Of a stretch of DNA of 64,000 nucleotides, positions 31,446 through 39,849 are shown one piece after another. Within the stretch, counting starts at the first letter, position 1; each line of letters begins with the position of its first letter. The stretch comes from Nannocystales bacterium (GTDB lineage: Bacteria; Myxococcota_A; Polyangia; Nannocystales; Nannocystaceae): contig JBOEGF010000024.1 in NCBI GenBank assembly GCA_050633305.1, forward strand, positions 352,001 to 416,000, given 5' to 3'. The notes beneath the pieces were generated by a model that worked only from the letters and a program-made list of their open reading frames with translations, was not told the DNA's origin and did no database searches. The translations under genes and the position numbers were made by a program.

Positions 31446-32861
31446 ATGAGCGAGCGTGACGACAGCCTCGACCCTCCCGACTGGGACGTCTTTCGCCGAC
31501 TTGCGCACGAGGCCCTCGATCACGCGATCGACACGATGGCCAGTGTTCGGGAGCGTCCGGCTTGGCAGGCGCCTCCGCAGCGGACCGAGGGGGACGTGCT
31601 TCCGTGGGACCCGACGCCACTGCGCGAGGTGTGTGCGGCGATCGAGCGGGATGTGCTGCCCTTCGGCGTCGGCAATACGCACCCGCGTTTTTTTGGGTGG
31701 GTTCATGGCGCGGGAACGGTGGAGGGCATCGTGGCTGCGATCTACACCGCGGCGATGAACGCTAACGTCGGAGGCCGCGAGCATGCGGCCGTGCATGTCG
31801 AACGGGAGGTCCTGGGATGGTTCAAGCAGCTGGTCGGATTCCCGCAGTCGGCCCAAGGCATCCTGCTCAGCGGAACGTCGATGGCCACGATGATCGCGCT
31901 GGCGGTGGCCCGTCATGGCCGCGAAGACCGGCTCGACGCGGTCCGCATCTACACCTCCGACCAGGCGCATATCTCGGTGGCCAAGGCGCTGCGGGTGCTG
32001 GGGATGCCCCCGGCGTCCTTGGTCAAGGTCCGCTCCGACGAACGACTCCGCATGGACGTGCAGGCACTCCGCGATGCCGTGGAGCGGGACCGCGGGGAGG
32101 GCCTAACCCCGCTGGCTGTGGTGGCGACCGGGGGCACGGCCCTGACGGGTGCTGTCGACCCTTTGGAGGCCATCAATGAACTCTGCCGGTCCTCGGGGCT
32201 GTGGCTTCATGTCGATGCCGCCATCGGAATCGGCTTGCGTCTGCACCCCAGGCTTCACGACCGGTTGGCGGGGATCGAGCACGCGGATTCGGTGGCCTTC
32301 GATGCCCACAAGTGGCTGCATGTCCCCTACGACGTGGGCTGCGTCCTGGTGCGGAATGGCGAGGCTCATCGTGCTGCGTTCCGGGAGGGTGCGTCGTACC
32401 TGCAACGGGCGACCCGCGGGACCGGGAGCGGAGACCCGTGGTTCTGCGATGCGGGCCCGGAGCTGTCCCGAGGCTTTCGGGCCCTCAAGGTGTGGATGGT
32501 GCTCAAGACGCACGGTTTGGCCGCACTGGGGCAGCAGGTGCTGAAGAACTGCGTGCAGGCGGAGTCCTTCGCCGCGCAGGTCGAAGCGTGCGAGGAGGCG
32601 GTGCTTGTCGCGCCGACGGATCTCGCGATCACGTGTTTTCGTTGTGTGGGTGCAGGCTCGGACGAGGCCGATGACCAACTCAACGATGAGATCGTCGTGC
32701 GGGTTCAGGAGAGCGGCGTGGCGGTGCCCAGCAGTGGACGGGTGCACGGTCGAGCGGTGATCCGCGTCAACATCACCAACCATCGGACGACCACCGCCGA
32801 CCTCGACCTGTTGCTCGAAGCTGTGCTGCGTCACCGCGCCGAGATCCTTGCCGCGGGCTGA
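31446..32861 (+). CDS. PLP-dependent group II (aromatic-L-amino-acid/glutamate-type) decarboxylase
   Basis: HPRFFGW, AHISVAKA, WLHVDAA, DAHKWL (PLP Lys), ELSRGFRALKVW. Confidence 0.92.
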   Translation: MSERDDSLDPPDWDVFRRLAHEALDHAIDTMASVRERPAWQAPPQRTEGDVLPWDPTPLREVCAAIERDVLPFGVGNTHPRFFGWVHGAGTVEGIVAAIYTAAMNANVGGREHAAVHVEREVLGWFKQLVGFPQSAQGILLSGTSMATMIALAVARHGREDRLDAVRIYTSDQAHISVAKALRVLGMPPASLVKVRSDERLRMDVQALRDAVERDRGEGLTPLAVVATGGTALTGAVDPLEAINELCRSSGLWLHVDAAIGIGLRLHPRLHDRLAGIEHADSVAFDAHKWLHVPYDVGCVLVRNGEAHRAAFREGASYLQRATRGTGSGDPWFCDAGPELSRGFRALKVWMVLKTHGLAALGQQVLKNCVQAESFAAQVEACEEAVLVAPTDLAITCFRCVGAGSDEADDQLNDEIVVRVQESGVAVPSSGRVHGRAVIRVNITNHRTTTADLDLLLEAVLRHRAEILAAG

Positions 32862-32874
32862 CGCAGGCGCCGTT

Positions 32875-33276
32875 CTATTGGGGCGGAGCTTCGTCGTGCT
32901 GCGGGGCGTCGCCGCCGATGTGGTCCCAGGGCGCGCGGGATCCGACGAACTGGTGGTGCTCGATCTGCACGCCGGGGTCGCCGTCGACGCAACCGAGCGT
33001 GACCCCGTGCGCCTGTGCACCGACCATGCCCGCGAGCGTCGAGCCACAAGACCCGCAAAAGGCGATGCCCCACGGACCGCCGCCGACTCGGTAGAGCGTC
33101 GGCTCCGCCTTTGTCCACGTGAGGGCGCCGGGCTCAACCTCGGCGTAGGCCGACCCCGCACCGCTGAACGCCTTGCGGCATCGTGAACAGTGGCACGAAC
33201 GCGCGTGTTTGAGCGGCGCGTCGATTCGGTACGCCACGGCGCCGCAGAAACAGCCCCCCGTGAGTGGGTCCGGCAT
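32875..33276 (-). CDS. GFA family (glutathione-dependent formaldehyde-activating/CENP-V) Zn protein
   Basis: GGCFCG, CHCSRCRK, FCGSCGS. Confidence 0.9.
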   Translation of the reverse strand: MPDPLTGGCFCGAVAYRIDAPLKHARSCHCSRCRKAFSGAGSAYAEVEPGALTWTKAEPTLYRVGGGPWGIAFCGSCGSTLAGMVGAQAHGVTLGCVDGDPGVQIEHHQFVGSRAPWDHIGGDAPQHDEAPPQ

Positions 33277-34709
33277 CAGTGCCCCGAGAGAACCATCGCG
33301 GGCTGCATGCGAGCGGCACGACGCGCCGGGAGGAAGGCTCCAAAGACGCAGAAGGCGACCGAGAACCCGAGGGAAGAGGCGATGAGCCACCACGGGAACA
33401 TGAAATAGCTCTGCGGCTTATAGGGAAAGTCCGGGATGTAGTTGGCCGACACGGCGTCGAACAACTCCGCGGCGCCCAGGGCCATCAACACGCCTGCGAG
33501 TCCGGCCATGACGCCGAGCACCGCGGCTTCGCCAAGGATGATCGCGGTGATGTCCCCTCGGGATGCCCCGACGGCCCTCATGATGCCGATCTCGTGTTGG
33601 CGCTCGTACACCAACATGAAGAACACGTGCATGATGTTGACCGCCGCGATGCCGACGATGACGGCGCTGACCAGGCTGAACACCGCGATGAAGATCGCGA
33701 TCAGCAAGGCGGCTTGCTCGGCGCCCGTGTCTGCGACCTCGAGGTTGAGCCCCTCTACGGCCACGGCCACGGCGGCAACGTCGTCTTTCTCGGGAACCAT
33801 CAGGATCACCGAGTGGTAGCGCTGGGCATCCTCGGGTTTGCCGAATGCCACGTTGAACCGCTTGGTGTAGCCGATGGGCATGGTGATGCCCAACGTGATC
33901 GCCTTGCGCGAGAAGCCGACCAACATGCCCTTTTCGCGGATGATATTGTCCTTGGCCGACGCGCCGACCATGGAGGCGCCGATCTTCAGGTCGAACTTGA
34001 TGCCGAGCACGAAGTCCGGGTTGAGCTTGGGGAACCCGTGAGCCCGTCGGAGGGCACCGTTGTAGAGCTCGACGACATGCTCGGACGCGAGGACTGGGAT
34101 GTAGTGGCGGCACACCTTGGCCGGCTTTTCCGCGCCTTCTTTCTTGTCCTTGTTGCGCCGCGCTTCCTGGTAGCCGGCCGGCATCCCGCAGTAGCGGTCT
34201 TCTCCGCAGTCCGCGTCGGCCTCACAGGCTTGTGGCGGGGTGTAGTCGGGACTCTTCGGGTCATCGAAGTCGCGGAAAGGCCGGTCGCTGTCGACATCCT
34301 TCTGCACGAGGTCGGGTTCGATGCCGTCGGCGACCATCTCCGAACGAAGATCGGTCCCGAGCACTTCTTTGCCGCCGATGCCGAGGGACGGCACGGTCAG
34401 GCGCATCTTCGGGTAGACGACCTCCACGCCCTCGATCGCTTCGAGTTCCTCGACCTTGGCCTGGTCGATCACGGCGCCGCCGCCGAGCGAGAGCGGACCG
34501 ACCGCGAGGTCGAGGGACTTAGGCACGACCTCGAGCTGGTCCAGCGGGAAAATCTTGCCGAGGACGACCGTGCGGACGCCGAGCCCGAGGGAGATGAAGA
34601 AGGCAAAGGTGGCGATGCCGACCACGATGCCCACGGAGGCGAGCAAGAAGTGGTTTCGGCTCCGGTTGAGGTTGGCGGTCACCACCCGCAGCAGACGGTT
34701 GAGTCTCAT
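33276..34709 (-). CDS. ABC transporter permease, MacB/FtsX type, with a Cys-rich periplasmic insertion
   Basis: N-terminal TM, large periplasmic domain, ERQHEIGIMRAVGA, PARRAARMQP. Confidence 0.9.
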   Translation of the reverse strand: MRLNRLLRVVTANLNRSRNHFLLASVGIVVGIATFAFFISLGLGVRTVVLGKIFPLDQLEVVPKSLDLAVGPLSLGGGAVIDQAKVEELEAIEGVEVVYPKMRLTVPSLGIGGKEVLGTDLRSEMVADGIEPDLVQKDVDSDRPFRDFDDPKSPDYTPPQACEADADCGEDRYCGMPAGYQEARRNKDKKEGAEKPAKVCRHYIPVLASEHVVELYNGALRRAHGFPKLNPDFVLGIKFDLKIGASMVGASAKDNIIREKGMLVGFSRKAITLGITMPIGYTKRFNVAFGKPEDAQRYHSVILMVPEKDDVAAVAVAVEGLNLEVADTGAEQAALLIAIFIAVFSLVSAVIVGIAAVNIMHVFFMLVYERQHEIGIMRAVGASRGDITAIILGEAAVLGVMAGLAGVLMALGAAELFDAVSANYIPDFPYKPQSYFMFPWWLIASSLGFSVAFCVFGAFLPARRAARMQPAMVLSGH

Positions 34710-35449
34710 GTCCGTGCCTCTTGTTCGGGCGTGTCGTCGTTGGTCTTGACGCCGAGGGCCTCGTTGGCGTCTTCCACTTCGGTCAGCGCCCCATCCGCGA
34801 CCAGGATCTTGCGTGCCGTCGAGGCCGCGATGCCGGGGTCGTGTGTCACGACGAGGACGGTGATGCCGTCTCGCTCATTGAGCGTGCGGAACAGCGCCAG
34901 GATTGCGGCCCCGGTCTTGCTATCCAGGTTGCCTGTCGGCTCGTCGCACAGAATGATCTTGGGCTTGTTGAACAGCGCCCGGGCGATCGCGATGCGTTGA
35001 CGTTGGCCGCCGGAGAGCATCGTGGGCAGTGCGTCGGCCTTCTCGGACAGGTCGACCTGCTCGAGCACGGCTTTGGCACGGGCATTGGCGCCCGCCTCGT
35101 CGAGGTCCCCGCCGCGTTTGAACATCGCGGGGAGGGCGATGTTCTCCAAGCAGGTCAGATGCGGCAGCAGGTAGAACGACTGGAACACGAACCCGACGGT
35201 CTCGTTGCGGTACGCGCTCAGCTCGGCATCGCTGAGTTTGGCGAGGTCGGAGCCGTCGACTTCGATCGAGCCTTTGTAGTCGCTGTCCAAGCCCCCGACG
35301 GCGTGTAGCAGTGTGCTCTTGCCCGACCCAGACGGGCCGATGATGGAGATGAACTCTCCGTCATCGATGTCCAGGTCGACGCCGCGCAGCACCTCGGTGA
35401 CCACCTTGCCGGTGGAGTAGCTCTTGTGCATGCCGCGGATGCGGATCAT
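34706..35449 (-). CDS. ABC transporter ATP-binding protein (LolD/MacB type)
   Basis: GPSGSGKS, GFVFQ, LSGGQRQR, ILCDEPTGNLD, VTHD. Confidence 0.96.
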   Translation of the reverse strand: MIRIRGMHKSYSTGKVVTEVLRGVDLDIDDGEFISIIGPSGSGKSTLLHAVGGLDSDYKGSIEVDGSDLAKLSDAELSAYRNETVGFVFQSFYLLPHLTCLENIALPAMFKRGGDLDEAGANARAKAVLEQVDLSEKADALPTMLSGGQRQRIAIARALFNKPKIILCDEPTGNLDSKTGAAILALFRTLNERDGITVLVVTHDPGIAASTARKILVADGALTEVEDANEALGVKTNDDTPEQEART

Positions 35450-35489
35450 CGGCCGCAGAGTAGCAGCGGAACGCCCAGCGCTGCGCGTT

Positions 35490-36488
35490 CTACCGCGAGG
35501 CTTTGTAGACGTACTCGTACCGAGCGATCTCGAAGTCGGTCTTCTTTCCGTCGGTGCCGACAGCGGCCTTGAACTTGGTCTTCCGCAGGGCTTTTTGGGC
35601 GATCTCATCGCAGCCGTTGCCAATGCCCTTGACGACCTTGGCGCTGCGCACCGAGCCGTTGCTGCGGACTTGGACCTTGAGGACGACCACCCCCGAAATC
35701 CCGAGGTCGCGGGCCGCGGGGCACTCGAGTTTCACCTGCTTGAGGGCGCGGGGGAGCTGCGCGATGTACAGCTCGTTCTTCGGGGCCCACGACTTTCCCG
35801 CACCCTTCGCGGGACCCGTGGGGGCGGTGCCTGTGCCGCCCTTGACCTTCCCTTTGCCCCCCGGGCGCCCGCCTTCGACACCGTCGCGGCTTCCGCCTGC
35901 GACTCCGGGGCGTGACTTGTCGCCTCCGATGACGGTCACACCCGAGTTCCCGCCCTTGATGACGGTATCCATCGGCAGCTCGATTGCCGGAGCTGGGGGG
36001 GCGTCTGCCGGAGCGGGCTCGGAGGGCTTTGAGGGCTTGGGTGCCCGCTTCTTCACCTTCTTCGGCGGAGGAGGCGGAGCTTCGGGAGGAGGCTCGGGAG
36101 GAGGCTCGACCTCGAGTTCGGGCTCGGGCTCGGGCTCCGGTTCCGGTTCCGGTTCCGGTTCGGGCTCCGGGGGGAGCTCGACTTCGCGGAGCTCGAGCTC
36201 CAGTTCGCACTGACTGTTGCAACCGTCGCCGTTGACGGTGTTGCCGTCGTCGCACTTTTCGTCGCCTTCGATCTTCGCGTCGCCGCAGACGGGATCGATC
36301 TCGCACATCGGCGTGCAGCCGTCGCCGGGCCGGAGGTTGCCGTCGTCGCACTCCTCTGAGCTCGCCACGACACCGTCCCCACAGACCGGCTTGACCCAGT
36401 CGACCACGAAATACGCCAAGGCGTGGATCACCACCGAGACGATCAGCGGAGGCAGAACCTCATCGACGATGGATCGGGGACGCGCCAT
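35490..36488 (-). CDS. TonB-family energy transducer with two Myxococcus Cys-rich (DUF4215-like) repeats
   Basis: TM with SxxxH (SVVIH), two CGDG/CDDGN repeats, (PE)n Pro-rich spacer, TonB_C-like C-terminus. Confidence 0.85.
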   Translation of the reverse strand: MARPRSIVDEVLPPLIVSVVIHALAYFVVDWVKPVCGDGVVASSEECDDGNLRPGDGCTPMCEIDPVCGDAKIEGDEKCDDGNTVNGDGCNSQCELELELREVELPPEPEPEPEPEPEPEPEPELEVEPPPEPPPEAPPPPPKKVKKRAPKPSKPSEPAPADAPPAPAIELPMDTVIKGGNSGVTVIGGDKSRPGVAGGSRDGVEGGRPGGKGKVKGGTGTAPTGPAKGAGKSWAPKNELYIAQLPRALKQVKLECPAARDLGISGVVVLKVQVRSNGSVRSAKVVKGIGNGCDEIAQKALRKTKFKAAVGTDGKKTDFEIARYEYVYKASR

Positions 36489-36524
36489 GGGAGGGACGGG
36501 TGGGGGCGAGGTGCGCAGAACGAA

Positions 36525-36947
36525 CTAGCCGCCCGCAGCGGGCTTCTTGGTCGCGATGGCGTACTTTTTCACGCCCGCATCTCGGAGGAGATCGATGAGT
36601 CGGACCATTTGGCCGACGTTGGACTTCTCGTCACATTGAACGATCCCCTGGACGTTCGGGTCTTCGGCGAGTTTGGCCGCGATCGCCGCCTTGATCTCGC
36701 CGTCGTTCGCCGTGGCTTTTGCGTCGACGGCGACGTTGCCGTCGGGGTCGCACTGAATCAGCAGGCTCGCACCTTCGATCGTGCTGCCCGAGCTGGCCTC
36801 AGGCTTGTCGATCGCGAGTCCTTCCGGGTTGGTGATCGTGCTGGTGGTGACCATGAAGATGATCAGCAACACCAACATGATGTCGACCAGGGGCGTAACG
36901 TTGATCCCAACGATCTCGCCGTCGTCGTCGGCTGCTCCGCCTGCCAT
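36525..36947 (-). CDS. exbD: ExbD/TolR family biopolymer transport protein
   Basis: INVTPLVDIMLVLLIIFMV. Confidence 0.92.
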   Translation of the reverse strand: MAGGAADDDGEIVGINVTPLVDIMLVLLIIFMVTTSTITNPEGLAIDKPEASSGSTIEGASLLIQCDPDGNVAVDAKATANDGEIKAAIAAKLAEDPNVQGIVQCDEKSNVGQMVRLIDLLRDAGVKKYAIATKKPAAGG

Positions 36948-36950
36948 CGT

Positions 36951-37622
36951 CTACGCCTCCTCGGACTTGTCGCTCAAGCCCTGCTTCTCGAGGATGATTG
37001 CGAACGCGGAGGTGGCCAAGCTGTCCGCGTGGGACAGCGTCCGCTTCACGCGACGCTGGTAGACGTTGTAGACGGTGACCGCGGGAATGGCGACCAGCAG
37101 GCCGACCGCGGTGGCGACGAGAGCCTCCGAGATGCCACCCATGACGGCGGCGCTCTGCTCCCCGCCGGGCTTGATGCCGGACTTTCCCAGCTCGTTGAAG
37201 GCTTGGATGATCCCGAGCACCGTCCCGAACAGACCGATGAACGGCGCGTTGGCGCCGACGGTGCCCAGGAAACTGAGGTTGCGGTCCAGCCGAAGCTTTT
37301 CTTCCGAGTGCCCGCTGTTCATGGCGGCCTGCAGCGCGGCCTTGCCCTTTGGGGCGACCGCGACCATCTCGCCGATGATGCTCGCGCCGGGGCCCGTGGT
37401 GTCTCGCGTGAGTTTGGCTGCAGCGTCCAAGTCGTCGTCGCCCAGGGCTTCGAACAGCTTGCGCCGGACGTCTGCGTCCGCCTTGGTCGCGGCGCCGAAG
37501 TACAGCAGCCGCTCGACCATGACGTACACGCTGATCAGGCTCAGCAAGACCAGAACCCACATGACCCACTCCGCACCCAGGAGGGCGAAGTCGAGGAACT
37601 TCTCGGTGATGTTGAACCCCAT
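36951..37622 (-). CDS. exbB: MotA/TolQ/ExbB proton channel protein
   Basis: LGTVGANAPFIGLFGTVLGII, GISEALVATAVGLLVAIPA. Confidence 0.92.
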   Translation of the reverse strand: MGFNITEKFLDFALLGAEWVMWVLVLLSLISVYVMVERLLYFGAATKADADVRRKLFEALGDDDLDAAAKLTRDTTGPGASIIGEMVAVAPKGKAALQAAMNSGHSEEKLRLDRNLSFLGTVGANAPFIGLFGTVLGIIQAFNELGKSGIKPGGEQSAAVMGGISEALVATAVGLLVAIPAVTVYNVYQRRVKRTLSHADSLATSAFAIILEKQGLSDKSEEA

Positions 37623-37787
37623 GGCGTCGACGGCGGAACGTTAGCCGAAACGAATGGGCGGGGCCAGCCATCGTGGCTCTAACAGCGTTTGAAACGGCGT
37701 TTTCCGGGCAGCGTCGAGACGCAGATCACGGCGGGCGCGACATCCTGTCACAGCGCCGGCACAATCCGCCGGCGCCGAGCCATTTCG

Positions 37788-37848
37788 TCATCGTTCGCGC
37801 GGCGTCCCTTGGGCCGACGACCGCGGCGTCCCTTGGGCCAAACGATGA
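37788..37848. repeat. Two 18-bp direct repeats enclosed by an 8-bp inverted repeat
   Basis: CGCGGCGTCCCTTGGGCC at 37798-37815 and 37822-37839; TCATCGTT (37788-37795) pairs with AACGATGA (37841-37848). Confidence 0.75.
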
Positions 37849-37890
37849 TGGGGTCTGCCGACTGCTCGATCCGCGGCCACGTCGCCGGGG

Positions 37891-38598
37891 TTACTTCGGG
37901 CTTGCCGTCATCTTCAGATAGACGCGGCAGCTGCGGTTGGTGGGGTCCTCGCGCATGACGTGCTCCCACTCGGCCCGCGCTTCGTCGATCCGCTCCGCCC
38001 GCCACAGCGTCACGCCCAGGTGGATTCGGCCCTGGAGGAAATCGGGGGCCGACTCACGGACGGAGACGAGTTCGTCGAGCGCGTCTTCGATGCGTCCGAG
38101 GTCGCGCAGGGTGTTGCCGAGCTTGGTCCGGATGTCGACGAAGGTCGGGCAGACCCGCAGTGCCTTTCCGTATTCTTTGGTGGCGTGGTCGAGGAGCCCG
38201 ACCGCGACGTAGGCATCACCAAGCTCGGCGTGCATGTTGGCGATCTTGCCCCGCACGAAGCTGTCGAGCTTGTCGATGCCGGTGGTGTCGCGCTGGCCTT
38301 GGGCTTGGGCGTAGACCTCCTTGGCCTCGTCGTATCGCCCGAGTTCGTTGTAAACCACGGCCAGGTTGAGCGCGGCCTCCGTGTACGTCGGGTTGATGCG
38401 CAGCGCAGTCTCCAGGGACTCGCGCGCCTTGCTCGGGCGACCCGCTTCGTAGTGGATCACGCCCAGCATGTTGTGAACATCCGCGAAGTCGTCGTGTGCC
38501 TCGAGGATGGCTTCGAGGTGCGGCGCCGCTTTGTCGAACTCGCCCGCCTGGTAGTAGTCGCGGCCGACAGTCAGGTGATGCTTGAGTTGCCCGTCCAT
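37891..38598 (-). CDS. Tetratricopeptide repeat protein
   Basis: Repeated TPR helices (FADVHNMLGVIH, NPTYTEAALNLA, PTFVDIRTKLG). Confidence 0.9.
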   Translation of the reverse strand: MDGQLKHHLTVGRDYYQAGEFDKAAPHLEAILEAHDDFADVHNMLGVIHYEAGRPSKARESLETALRINPTYTEAALNLAVVYNELGRYDEAKEVYAQAQGQRDTTGIDKLDSFVRGKIANMHAELGDAYVAVGLLDHATKEYGKALRVCPTFVDIRTKLGNTLRDLGRIEDALDELVSVRESAPDFLQGRIHLGVTLWRAERIDEARAEWEHVMREDPTNRSCRVYLKMTASPK

Positions 38599-38724
38599 CG
38601 ACCAGCATCCTATCGCGGTCTCGGCAGGGGGCTTTTGAAAAGACCCTGATGACGGCACCCCAACCGTACCCGCGCGGACGTGGTCCGGAGCGCCGCGCAG
38701 GCGCCCGGGCGGAGGGAGGACGGG

Positions 38725-39669
38725 CTACTTCGTGGTCTTGGGCGGCGTCGTGCCCTCAGGCCTGACCGGCGCGGCAGCCTCGGGTTTGACCGGGCGCTTG
38801 CGGTTCTTGGGCTCTTTGGGCGGGATCGGCTTGGGCAGCTCTCGGTCGGGACGCTGGCGGTTGGGATCCGAAGGCCCGAACTCGTCGTAGATGTACTTGA
38901 GGTAGATCCGAGCCTGCTTGCCGTGGTGGTGCGCAGGGTGCTGCGTCTGCAACTCGGTGAAGGTGTTGCGCGCCAGCTCGATCTCGTCCATCCGCAGGTA
39001 CGTGATCCCGAGCAGGAACAGCACCTCGCCGTCGAGGCCGATGCCGGGGTAGGTCGCGTGCGCGGCTTCCAGGCGGCCGATGGCCCCTTCCGGCTTGTCG
39101 CGGTCGAGGTAGAAGCGAGCCACGTAGAGCTCGTGCTCGAGCAGCTGCCGCTTGACCTCGTCCCGAAGCTTGACCGCAAAGACCTCGGTCTTGGTGCCGG
39201 CGTAGTGGTCGAAGTAGTAGCGCAGCTCGGTCATCGCCTCGCGCAGCGGCGTCTGGTCGCGCTGCTCGGGCGGCGGCAACAGGAAGAAGCCACGCGGCGC
39301 GTTCATGAATGCGGACGCGGCGGCCATGAAGCTCGCCCATCCGTCCCGTGTGTGGGCGTGGGTCGGGTGAAGCTTGGCGAACTGGCGGAACGCGTCTTGC
39401 GACGTGATGTAGTTGCCTTGCTCGAACTCGGCGCGCGCGATCAGAAGTTCGGCTTCGACCGAGTAGCGGGAGAAAGGGAACCGGATCCGGACGAAGTCGG
39501 CGTACTGAATCGCCTCTTCCCAGTCCTTGTCGGTGAACTCGCCCACGGCGAGCTCGTAGTTCTCCCGCGCGGTTTGGGCATAGTCGGCGGACAGGTCGGG
39601 GCCCGTCTTGCAGCCGGTCCCGAGCGCGAAGCCGAGCGTGGCTGCGAGGATGACGCGTAGGAATCGCAC
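38725..39669 (-). CDS. bamD: Outer membrane protein assembly factor BamD
   Basis: Lipobox GTGC, RFPFSRYS, KLHPTH, RDQT, EHELYVARFY; GTG start at 39669. Confidence 0.88.
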   Translation of the reverse strand: MRFLRVILAATLGFALGTGCKTGPDLSADYAQTARENYELAVGEFTDKDWEEAIQYADFVRIRFPFSRYSVEAELLIARAEFEQGNYITSQDAFRQFAKLHPTHAHTRDGWASFMAAASAFMNAPRGFFLLPPPEQRDQTPLREAMTELRYYFDHYAGTKTEVFAVKLRDEVKRQLLEHELYVARFYLDRDKPEGAIGRLEAAHATYPGIGLDGEVLFLLGITYLRMDEIELARNTFTELQTQHPAHHHGKQARIYLKYIYDEFGPSDPNRQRPDRELPKPIPPKEPKNRKRPVKPEAAAPVRPEGTTPPKTTK

Positions 39670-39679
39670 GGAATCCGCG

Positions 39680-39710
39680 CGAACGTACGTTCGGCCTCGT
39701 GGGGTGTCAA
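39680..39710 (-). promoter_or_regulatory. Sigma70-like promoter of bamD with a 14-bp palindrome over the -10 element
   Basis: Minus strand TTGACA-17 nt-TACGTT; CGAACGTACGTTCG at 39680-39693. Confidence 0.6.
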
Positions 39711-39849
39711 CGCGCGTGCCGCGGACATCACACTGCTGCTGTTTCCGCCCTCCAGGGCGATCTGCGCCGGGTTGGGAATCCCTGACGCGTCCTTGCGCGT
39801 CCTTGGGCGAACGTTCGCGGCTGGGGTACGCTCCGGCTCCTCTTCGCCT

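Noticed and set aside
29098..31620. 840-aa minus-strand ORF, and similar long ORFs at 6406-8481, 23848-25596, 27666-29633, 40036-42477 and 57946-60117
   Set aside because: Shadow ORFs overlapping well-supported genes. They are Arg/Gly/Pro-rich or mirror the codon pattern of the real gene, as expected in high-GC DNA.
31446..32861. PLP decarboxylase as part of the halogenase pathway (halotryptamine)
   Set aside because: It lies about 18 kb from the halogenase with unrelated housekeeping genes in between; there is no evidence of linkage.
36100..36175. Hexamer repeats (GGTTCC/GGCTCG) as a contingency locus
   Set aside because: They encode the ordinary (PE)n spacer of TonB, stay in frame and use mixed codons.
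36490..37622. ExbB/ExbD as the AglRQS gliding motor
   Set aside because: There is only one ExbD-like gene and it is followed by a TonB-like gene; orthology cannot be shown from motifs alone.
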